NCBI GenBank assembly: GCA_054661495.1
Contig: BAAFSQ010000247.1
Span: 1 to 14,570, forward strand
DNA: 14,570 nucleotides
Reading direction: 5' to 3'
Origin: Zygophlyctis sp. KS116
Lineage: Eukaryota; Fungi; Chytridiomycota
Every line of letters begins with the position of its first letter. Positions within the stretch are counted from its first letter, which is position 1. Below the pieces are notes generated by a model that was not told the origin of the DNA, ran no database searches, and saw nothing but the letters and a program-made list of their open reading frames with translations. Shown piece after piece: positions 1-9,164 of this stretch. A program made the position numbers and the translations under genes.

Positions 1-78
1 GCTATTCATGCAAAGAGAGTTACTATTCAACCAAAGGATATTCAATTGGCTAGAAGACTCCGTGGAGAGAGATCTTAG
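1..78 (+). CDS. H3: Histone H3, C-terminal fragment (5' truncated by window edge)
   Basis: Frame 1 reads AIHAKRVTIQPKDIQLARRLRGERS* (TAG 76-78), the canonical H3 C-terminus. The TIQ..RLRGERS variant is typical of fungi. Confidence 0.97.
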   Translation, partial: AIHAKRVTIQPKDIQLARRLRGERS

Positions 79-225
79 ATTAGGAAATTGTGTTTATAAA
101 CATTTTATTTACTATTTACTGCTAAAAGAATTTGAATTTTAGATGAGAATATAATATTTTACTTGAAAAACACTGAGAGAGAAGAGAAAAATTGAACAAT
201 CAAGAAGATCTGTTTTTTGTTAAAA

Positions 226-918
226 ATGCTGCAAGGAATGGATTGGGAAGTTGAGAGTTTGAGTGAGAGAGATAATCCATTTTTATACTATTCACAAGAG
301 TCTTGCAAGTCTCTGATAAAGGAAGATATGTCACAATCAAACCAGGAACTAAAAGAACCAGAAGAACTCCAAGAACTAAAAGAACCAGAAGGACTTAAAG
401 AACCAGAAGGAGTAAACAAAGAGTCTAAACCACTGGAATCATGGACTGAAAAAGATGGAGAACCAGAAGAACAAGAGTCTAGAGAGATTGTAAATTTGGA
501 ATTTGTGGATAATCAAGACTCTAGATTTGATATTTATCAGTTACCATTCTTAATCAAGACTTATATATCCTCAATATCTTCTATTTTATTATTTTTATTT
601 GCATTATATCTAATCTCAACTCTATTTTGGACAATTAGAAATGATTTATCTGTAAAATCTCATGAAATGTATTTGGAATTAATGCAAGAGATTAAGGATT
701 GTACTAATAATTATCAGATTAATGCTTGTCATTTGGATTTACCAGCTATAAAGGAATTATGTTTGGAATGGAAGAGTTGCATGTCGAAACCTTTGCAAGT
801 TAAAAGACTAAAGATTACTCTAGGATATATTATTGAAGTCTTGAATTCAAGTTTAGACTCTTTTTCTCTTAGGACAATAGCTCTAATGGCTCTAATCTCT
901 ATATTGAGACTCTTTTAA
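226..918 (+). CDS. BRR6: Brr6/Brl1-family nuclear envelope membrane protein
   Basis: Acidic disordered N-terminus, then TM (SSILLFLFALYLISTLFWTI), RND-like motif, luminal 4-Cys segment (CTNNYQINAC...PAIKELCLEWKSCM) and a second hydrophobic helix (SLRTIALMALISIL). This is the Brr6-like di-disulfide architecture. First ATG is 226 (alternative 238). Brr6 vs Brl1 cannot be resolved. Confidence 0.85.
   Translation: MLQGMDWEVESLSERDNPFLYYSQESCKSLIKEDMSQSNQELKEPEELQELKEPEGLKEPEGVNKESKPLESWTEKDGEPEEQESREIVNLEFVDNQDSRFDIYQLPFLIKTYISSISSILLFLFALYLISTLFWTIRNDLSVKSHEMYLELMQEIKDCTNNYQINACHLDLPAIKELCLEWKSCMSKPLQVKRLKITLGYIIEVLNSSLDSFSLRTIALMALISILRLF
346..411 (+). repeat. Imperfect coding repeat (ELKEPE/GLKEPE x3) in the Brr6-like N-terminus
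   Basis: gaactaaaagaaccagaa occurs twice, followed by ggacttaaagaaccagaa. Confidence 0.7.
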
Positions 919-935
919 ATTCGGAAATAAAAAAA

Positions 936-2572
936 ATGCTGACAGAATCGCCCAGTGATTTGAATATTGTTATATTAGGATTAGTTTTATTTGTAACGTT
1001 TTTATTCGCAACAGAAAATTTTGGATGGATAAGTAAAATGGACAAGATGGAGGAAAAATCTCTTTCAAATGATCAAGTAGAGAAAATTCAAGTTTTAGAA
1101 AAAGTTTCAAGGGAAATGGAGAGAAGAAGACAACGGAAAATCAAGGAGTTATATTCTAAAATTGCAAATTTAGAGTCTCAACGTAATTCTCTCTTGGAAA
1201 GACTATTACAAGAAAAGGAAGAAGATAATTTAGAAAAATTAAAAATACTTGTACAAAAGAATTATGAAGAAGAACAAAGAGTTTTAACGGAACGTGCATT
1301 ACATGATAAAGAAGCGGATTTAGAAACTATGGAAAAATTATATTTGGATGCGAGAAGACAAGTTGTACTGTTGGATGTTAAAGACGCGCAATTGAAGAAT
1401 AAGGTGGCTAGTTTTCGGATTTTAATTATTAGGAACTTGAAATTCAAGAGAAAATATGTCAATTAAAAGTAGAAAGACGTAATGTTTCTACTCAAATTTC
1501 TCTAGAGGCCTCCGAGGTTTCAGAGTCTACTAGAAATCAAGAAGAATTTAAAGATTCTCAAACTAAAAAAGAAGATTCAGGAAAAGATTATTTAAAATTA
1601 ATTTCAATCAAGGATGTAGAAATTCAAGAGCTACAAAAGAAATTACGAGACTATGAAAAAAATATAGAATGCACCAAGAATTTCAAGGTTTATCAAGATA
1701 CAAATCGGGTTTTAACACAATTATTGGAAAAATCTCAAGATTCTGTTAAAAGTTTACAGGAAAATCTAGGTCATGAACTTTATGCTCAAAAAAGTATTTA
1801 TGATTCCGCAGAATTAGAGTATCTAAAGAGAATACATGAATTAAAGTCTGAAAATAAGGATTTTAGGAATTTAAATCAACATTTGTCTAAAAAGGCTTTA
1901 AATTTAGAAAAGCTATACTCTAAACTATTAAATGAAACAAGTCATGAAATATCAACGAACAGAGGAGAAAATCAAGAATCGTCAAGGTTGAAGGAAAAGA
2001 TTGTTGAATTCAAAAATAGGCTAGAATCTTCAAGGAGAGAGAATGACTTGATCAAAGTTCAGATGCAAAAAGAACTTCAAGATAAAGTCAATGAAACAAG
2101 GGAGGAAAATAATCTCTTAAAGAAAAATATACACGATTTGCTCGTTAAATTACAGCAGATGGAACATCAGATCTCCGATATGGAAAATATAGAAAATAAC
2201 AAGCTGGATCAAATGGTTATGGATCATGAATCAGAAATACGAATTTGGAAGTCAAAAGTTTCAGAATTACAAACATATTTGAACTCTGGCAAGGAAAAGA
2301 TCCAATGTCTGGAGGAGAAATTATCATTTGCTCGGGAGAAATCTAGGCATAATGATATTGTTAAAAATTCTTTAGATTCATCTTGGAGTAGTAATCTCTC
2401 TCGTGGTTCTTCTATAGAGACTCTTTCTAACTTGGTTGATGATGAGGTAAACTTTTTATGTCTCAATAATCAAGAACCTTCTTCCAAGGCCGAAAGAATC
2501 CAAGCACAAGATCGTCTTTCAGAACTTTTGATTAAAAATTATCTATCAGGAAATAAACTTATTCATATTTAA
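936..2572 (+). CDS. Uncharacterised N-terminally membrane-anchored coiled-coil protein (exons 936-1403, 1433-2572)
   Basis: A 29-nt intron GTGGCT..TTATTAG (1404-1432) joins ORF 936 in frame to ORF 1724 through an open stretch (ELEIQEKICQLK...). TM segment IVILGLVLFVTFLFA, then E/K/L/Q-rich heptad-like sequence. A possible extra intron at 2447-2474 would change the C-terminus. Confidence 0.75.
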
Positions 2573-2719
2573 ATCATAAATTGTGAGATGTTAGCGACCG
2601 TTCAATAATCTTCCCGACTCGGAACTAAAGTTTTAATGATAATCTTGATCAATTTTAGGCTGAAGGAGGGGTTATAATCTTGTCCGAAACAGCAATCTAA
2701 AAAATATTCTCTTTCTAGG

Positions 2720-3929
2720 ATGCTTAGAATCTTTTTGTTATTTATTTACTGTAATGCTGCACATGCATTGTTTTCTGATGCATGCAGTAAAGGTGATTTG
2801 TCCAAAATCTAATTTTTAGAACTGGCATGCGGATCATCTTGCTTATTTTTATGTTCTTTTGGATTTCCTTGTACAACAAAAGAAGATTGTAGCTCTAAAT
2901 CATGTACAGCCAAGTTTTGTGATGTTGGAAATGCTGGAACATTTCAGCTGATACCTGCATTTAAATTCAGGATCATAGCTGATAATACTCAACTCGCGAC
3001 TGGATCTACATCATCAAATGTGTATAGTAGTTTTGTAACGACATCAAAGACTGGATCTACATCATCAAATGTGTATAGTAGTTTTGTAACAACATCAAAG
3101 ACTGGATCTACATCATCAAATGTGTATAGTAGTTTTGTAACAACATCAAAGACTGAATCATCTACAAGCTCTCAAAAACCAATCCCTACGAGCCCGACCA
3201 TCGTTAAAACAACTACAAATTCCCAAAACTCAGTTAGCACTATTACTTCTTCTACTTCTAAAACACAAAATACTGCAAGTACAAGTTTTCAATCATCAAA
3301 GATAACAGTTACGTCTGTAATTACCCTGATTAGAAGCACCTCAAGTATTTCTTCAGTCACGATTACATCAAAAACGTCTACAACTACTACTACGTCAAGC
3401 GTGGAGACACCTAAATCCAGTGGTTCACCGGCGTCTTGGGGCGCTGAATGTCTATCTCAGCACAATATTCATCGTGCATCTTGCGAGACACTTGATGGCC
3501 TCCCAATTCCAGCTCTTTCCTGGGATAGTAATTTGGCAAGGGATGCTCAAATCTGGGCAAACACATTAGCTTCACAGAATAGGTTTTATCATTCCATTCA
3601 GATGAAATGGGGACATGGTGAAAATCTCTATGCAGTAACTCTTAATGGAAATTTAAATTGCAAACCGGCTGTTGATGCATTCTTTAATGAATACAAGTTG
3701 TATAATAATGAACCAATCGGACAAGGTAATTTCGAGGCATATGGCCATTTTACTCAGCTCGCTTGGCCTACTACAACTAAGATTGGCTGTGCGTACGCTG
3801 ATGGGACTAACTGGAGATATACTGTTTGTGAGTATGATCCACCGTAAGTGTTTTTTATTAACAAAAAGTGGGAATTTTGTTGGCAGGAGACTTAATGTCC
3901 GAGTTAAAGGAAAATCATCGTATAGATGA
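2720..3929 (+). CDS. Secreted CAP/SCP/PR-1 (Pry-like) protein: signal peptide, 8-Cys module, Ser/Thr-rich linker, CAP domain (exons 2720-2792, 2820-3843, 3869-3929)
   Basis: Signal MLRIFLLFIYCNAAHA; 27-nt intron 2793-2819. CAP motifs HNIHRA, LSWD, YHS, GENL, NE, GHFTQLAWPTTTKIGCA. Removing the 25-nt intron 3844-3868 restores the canonical VCEYDPPGNFVG. Confidence 0.92.
2783..2929 (+). other. 8-Cys module, copy 1 (on CAP protein)
   Basis: Spliced translation CSKELACGSSCLFLCSFGFPCTTKEDCSSKSCTAKFCDVG. Confidence 0.9.
2998..3155 (+). repeat. 51-bp tandem repeat x3 (+5 bp) encoding TGSTSSNVYSSFVTTSK
   Basis: Units start at 2998, 3049 and 3100, with a partial unit at 3151. There is one synonymous difference (acg in unit 1 vs aca). 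Confidence 0.97.
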
Positions 3930-4070
3930 TTATGTAAAAAAGGCTGTGTAAATTTAATAATTAAATTGTATTTATTTATTAATGAATTCAAAATAATGCT
4001 GAAATTAGATGGTATAAGACCGGCCTCTTGCGACGTAATGCTAGTTTCCTGTCCCATCCGCTTAATTCTA

Positions 4071-4820
4071 ATGATACTTTCTATATTCTACTTGATCTTG
4101 TTCATTAGATCAGGAGTTGTATTGTCTAGTAGATGTGATCAGGGTAAGAAATGACAATAAATCTTAGAAGTGGGCTGTGGATCTCATTGTCCATTCTTCT
4201 GTCCATTTGGCTTTCCTTGTGATAGAGCCGATGATTGTATCTCTAAATCATGTACATCTGGATTTTGTGATGTTGGATCAGCGGCAAAATTTCGGATTCT
4301 ACCGAATAATCAATCAACTGCGACAGTCCAGTCTACAATCACTGCGCCTTTAACGACTCAAACTCCATCTATGATTCCATTCGGAAATTCAAATTACAGT
4401 GGCCGTATAACTTATTATGGTGATTACTACAATACTGGCGGAAGAGGAGATCCTCCACCGATCGGCCCAGAAAACGGAGGATGGTATGGCTCCTGTTATT
4501 TAGATTTTGGAATCCCAAAGAATTGGAATAAGTTTGCAGCTTTAAATCAGGAGCAGTATCAGAAGCTAGGACTGAAGAGCGTTTGCGGAAAGTGTGTAAA
4601 GATATGGAATGGAAACAGATCTACGATTGTTCAAATTGTTGATATGTGTCCATCCTGCAAATGGGGCGCATTAGATATATCACATCAGGGTATGGCAGAG
4701 CTGGTTGGAAGTTATGATCAGGCAACTTTTGTAGGATTTTTGCCCAGTGCCAACTGGTCTCAAGTTGACTGTTCTACTTTGAATGAAGAAGCATTTTTTA
4801 CTGTTGTGCATGGGAAATAA
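4071..4820 (+). CDS. Secreted expansin/loosenin-like protein with an RlpA-type double-psi beta-barrel (DPBB) domain and N-terminal 8-Cys module (exons 4071-4143, 4168-4820)
   Basis: Signal MILSIFYLILFIRSGVVLS; 24-nt intron GTAAGA..TCTTAG 4144-4167. DPBB motifs G-x-ITYY, GSC, FAALN, CGKCVKI, VQIVDMCPSC, ALDIS, W..VDC. No C-terminal CBM63-like domain. Confidence 0.88.
4134..4277 (+). other. 8-Cys module, copy 2 (on DPBB protein)
   Basis: Spliced translation CDQEVGCGSHCPFFCPFGFPCDRADDCISKSCTSGFCDVG. Confidence 0.9.
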
Positions 4821-5026
4821 TTCAAACGTCATTTTTATGTTTTAAATTATAGTAATTGCAAATAAATGGAAATCTCCAACGATCAGCTTTTGCGAGAAGA
4901 ATACGGGTAACGTTCAATTTCATCTTTTCTTTTTTGCTCGATTTCCACAGGCTATCAAAGATAAATCAAAGAAAAAATAAATCGGATTTGATAGGCATTG
5001 TTTTTGATTTTAATTGTATTTAGACT

Positions 5027-8000
5027 CTACATGTTTTTGTAAAGATGATCAAAGTAGCTTTCCATATCGTTAGAATCTTTAGCCTTATAACTTAAGCAAA
5101 GTGATTCGATAGCATGTCTTCTAGTGGCAGCGGGTTTTTTTGAATTTGTTAATGCTCTGAGATGTATCCCGATAGATATGCAAGTCATCCTTATTAGTGA
5201 AGACATCGACCGCATAGTTACTAAGGAATCATGTATCAGTGGGCATGAATTCTGTAGAAACTTTCCTATCGAAATATTTTTTTTTACTTCAATGCGTATC
5301 CGATGCAAACCAGATAAATCCCTCAATGGGATTATGAAAATGCAAATTAGAACATTTTCGTCTTTGAAAATCTGATTCAACAAGCTTTCATAGGAGTTCG
5401 AAGAGCTCTGATACCATATTATAATAATAGGATTGGATTTTGGAATATTATTCGCATAAGGAACATAAAAACTAATTTCCTCCGTTGCTGTCGCCCAATG
5501 AATATTCTGAGAGTTATCGAATTTATGACCCCGGGATGCATCTATATCGTCTTTCATTATCCAGCCGAGTGATCCAACAAAGGCTTTAAAGTCCGGACTT
5601 AATTTTACCGCTGAATATATTTTATTTAGGTTGTCTGTTTCATCATCGCAATACAGAACTGTAGCACTACATGATTCCCGTCTAAAGGTTTAATAAAAAC
5701 TATCAGATACTCTTTCAGTTGATCAATTCTCTTAAATTCCTTTTTAAGGTGCTCTGATGAATTGGGGTTAATTGGAAATGGAATTAAATCTTGAAGTCTT
5801 GATCCATCTAAATATCCAAAATGAGCAAGGAAAAGGTTAAAAATATGACTTCTATGTAATTTAGATGTATTTTAGTATTACGGGTTTTTAAAGTCGTCCA
5901 GCTCCACTAGAGTTGGTTTTTTCGCTTGATCAAATCCTTTCAACTCGCCTCTGTTATCATTAGTTTGTCAATTTTTACTTTTGTATTTTTGATTCCAGAA
6001 ATTCTTGATCATATTTCGAAAGATCTGACACTTTCTGTCTGATTGCTATAAATCTGGCATATTCCTTGGATGATGGATCAAGTAGAGTTTTCACATTAGG
6101 TATACTGGAATCAATATACGGGTCTATATGATCTACAGATGAATTTTCAGGCTTGTAGGGATCCGATCTAAAAATTGTACGAGACAAATATGATTTATCA
6201 ACTTCATCCTTAACTTCGCCATCACTCTTCAAGCTTTGAAGTTTATTCTGATTCAATTTAAAGATCCAACTAAATTTTCCCAGCATATCTCTCAATAGTA
6301 ACAGGATGTAACCGTCACGATTTGATAAGTCAAATTGTTGTACTTTGTGAAGCTGCGTTGGGATTCCTCTTTCCAATGCCCAAAGTGGAAGCTCTATTAA
6401 AGTCATAATAATACGATTTTGATATCCATAATAATGTACAAATTTCTGTTTTTCGTCATTTGTGATTTCAGCTGACCGATCTTTCTTGCAGAGATCAAGT
6501 CTTAGTAAAACAATTTCAGAGATAATTTCTTCTTCATTTAAATAGCATCCGTGAAAAAATCCATATTGACTGGAAAAATGGGACGGCTTATTTAAGACTG
6601 AAGAGAATGCCAATTCAGCCGATACCTTGATTTGGATTTCGGCGGTGAGAACTGCAAAGCTAGATACTTTTGAACTACCCCCGTGCTTTATTTCTTTGGA
6701 AAGCTTTTCTTCGGATTTTTTTGTCTCTTTCGATTGAAGATCAACATGAGACACAGTTCTAGGAATCATAAAAAGTCGTTCTGGATTGATAAATTTCCCC
6801 GCACGCATTTTTACTGCAACTAGAGAATTGTCTTTCTCAGAAATTGCCATACCCCTCGAAAGCGTCGATATAACCAGATTAAAGATTTCTGAAGCTTTTG
6901 AAATCCAATTGCCAGCCAAACACCATTTTCGAAGAGATCCATAAGCTTTTGAGACTAGAAGTGCATTTTCCTATTTTTGAGATATTTTTACATACTTTCA
7001 CGTCAGGTACATTTAATTTCTTTTCAATAAGTAGGCAAATCGCTGATACCAATGAATGAACACATTCCCATTCCTTCAATTATAATTTAGGAAAAATACC
7101 TTGCATTCAATAGATTCACGATGCAGGTAATATTCTATGCACCTTTCAGTTAAATCCAGACAGTCTATGAGAACATTATTCGACAAATTATCGCTTATTA
7201 TCACTTCAGTCTGCAGCTTTAATATTATATTAACAAATATCAAATTATCCGCAAATGTTTCAGCGAGAAAAGCTGAAGCTGCGAGGAATAGTAACTTTAA
7301 ATGTTCGTGTGATTTTTCCTTTGTAATTGACATAATAATTAGGTAAAAACAACATCTCTGCATCTCTGAGTTTTTCATGCCACCTATTTGTCCATATATG
7401 TCCGTTATCTAAACACTTATATTAACTTGAATTACTATCATTGATATATTGTCTTCTCTTTTATATATTGCTGGGATATCGAAGCGTAAATTTGAATTGA
7501 TGTACACTTGAGATATAGCAATAAGCGGAAAAATAAGTTTAATTCCAGAAAGTCGTGCAGATTTTAAATGTTCGTTAGGAGAGCCAATCCAATTTAAGCT
7601 CCTGTGCAATCCTTCAAGAATAGGTCCGATTAGAAACCGATTCCCTTCTAATTCTGAAGAAAATAGCTTCTGACAATGAAGAAAAACTCCTGCGAGATTA
7701 AAATCAGTTCCTTTCAAATTCTAAAATTTTCAATTGATAATAAATACCTCAATCACTGCCGAAAAATATTGATTTCTATATTGAGGATTTATTCTCTCCT
7801 TGAATCCAGCATTCAAAATAATCCGACTGAATATCCCCAAAGCAGCAGATTTTCCCATTTCATAACTAAAATTACTCAAAATATTAAGTACCCCTTCTCA
7901 TTTTTACGTGCTGATTCATTAAGCCACGGCCCGAGCATACTTAAGATGGTATTTCTTGAAATATGGATGTCTCCAGTTTGATTTTCTATTTCCTGAGTCC

Positions 8001-9147
8001 CCATCAAAGCTTCAGCGGTATCTGAAAGGCCCTAAAGATTTGATTTATTTTATTACCTCGAGTATAATATCAAAGTTGGAAGCAGAATAATTTCCAGGAT
8101 TACCAATAAGATCTAGTCAATAAAAGTAGTCAAAAAATACGAAGAAATCGGTACCAAAAGAATTTAACGAAATCTATCTGCAGCTCCACAAAAATTTCTT
8201 TTTCATCTCTAATATTATAAGATTTAAATTGGATACGTTGAAATATTTAAGTTAACCAAACTGCTTTGCATGTTGTATAAATGTTTACTTATAACAGTAT
8301 TCAAAGTTTTTATGGTGCATTTCCAAACATTCGCCACAGATTTATGATTAGCCCATAAAGGAAAACGCTTCTATGAGGATAAGTCACTGAATCTCACAAT
8401 TATCAATTTCCATAAAAATTGATCTCTACATTTGGCTCTTTGCAACGTCTCTACAAGGAGTTTCATCAAAGGTTCGGCCAATCGATCAACCATTTGCGTG
8501 TATTCTGGGATTCCTTCTTCTTTAAGACAATTTCCAAGCACAGTGTCCACAATTCCAAATAAAATTTTCAATAACGATACCCAAGTATCTTCTAAAATGA
8601 AACGTTCATGTTTCCGTATTACCAAAAACAATCCCTTTACAATATCAAAGCATAAATTAATATTTAAAGAGGCAGATTGTTTCTTTTGCGTATCAGAAAT
8701 CCCTGTAGCCGTTGAGTCTGAATTGGTCAAATCTCTTGGCTCAAAAGCCATTGATAAGTGCTGAAATATTTTGATCAAAAGTTTATCATGCATATCAGTC
8801 TCTCTGAACTCTCTTACTGCTTTTGGTAAATCATATATTTCCCCTAGGAGCCATTTGAAGTATATTGACAGACATGAAGTCTTTAACGATATATCATCCA
8901 TTGGCATTCTAAAAGCATGTCCTACTATTTGCATTGTCCATTTTAAATGACCCCATGACTCTAAATCGAGTATTACATCCTGAGATAAAGAGTCTGAAAC
9001 TTGATAGATCAACTGTTTTTGTACAGTATAAGGAAATGCCGATAATACATTGTCATCTTTCTCGTCATTAAATGCATCAACTTTACCTGGATTAGCAGGA
9101 AATAACTGATACTCGATGATCTTGTTACAAAACATACGCAACGTCAT
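5027..9147 (-). CDS. RALGAPB: Ral GTPase-activating protein beta subunit-like (RalGAP-beta), ~1264 aa, 12 introns
   Basis: Introns (minus strand): 8397-8371, 8236-8209, 8140-8113, 8056-8032, 7891-7866, 7747-7721, 7435-7409, 7099-7074, 6995-6971, 5978-5951, 5881-5852, 5710-5682. Removing them gives one 3795-nt frame. Motifs resembling RalGAP-beta: KWTMQIVGHAFRMP, FWYRFLHLIGNP, NTILSMLGPWL, YEMGKSAALG, LFLAHFGYL, plus a C-terminal RapGAP-like region (FVGSLGW, WATATEEISFYVP). Start may be 9135. Confidence 0.85.
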
Positions 9148-9164
9148 TTCCTAATTTCCCGCAT

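Noticed and set aside
2783-2929. 8-Cys module as CBM18/hevein, CBM1, CFEM or hydrophobin
   Set aside because: It lacks the adjacent CC pairs of hevein and hydrophobins and the CSxxGxCG signature. The spacing and the FGFPC/FCDVG motifs do not fit CBM1 or CFEM as I know them. A profile search is still needed.
2998-3155. 51-bp repeats as a CRISPR array
   Set aside because: No unique spacers, the unit is a multiple of 3 inside a coding linker, and the context is eukaryotic.
4860-5026. Extra terminal RalGAP-beta exon (PVEIEQKRKDEIERYPY...) on the minus strand
   Set aside because: The protein already reaches the region matching the family C-terminus at 5027, and joining would need an intron much longer than all the others.
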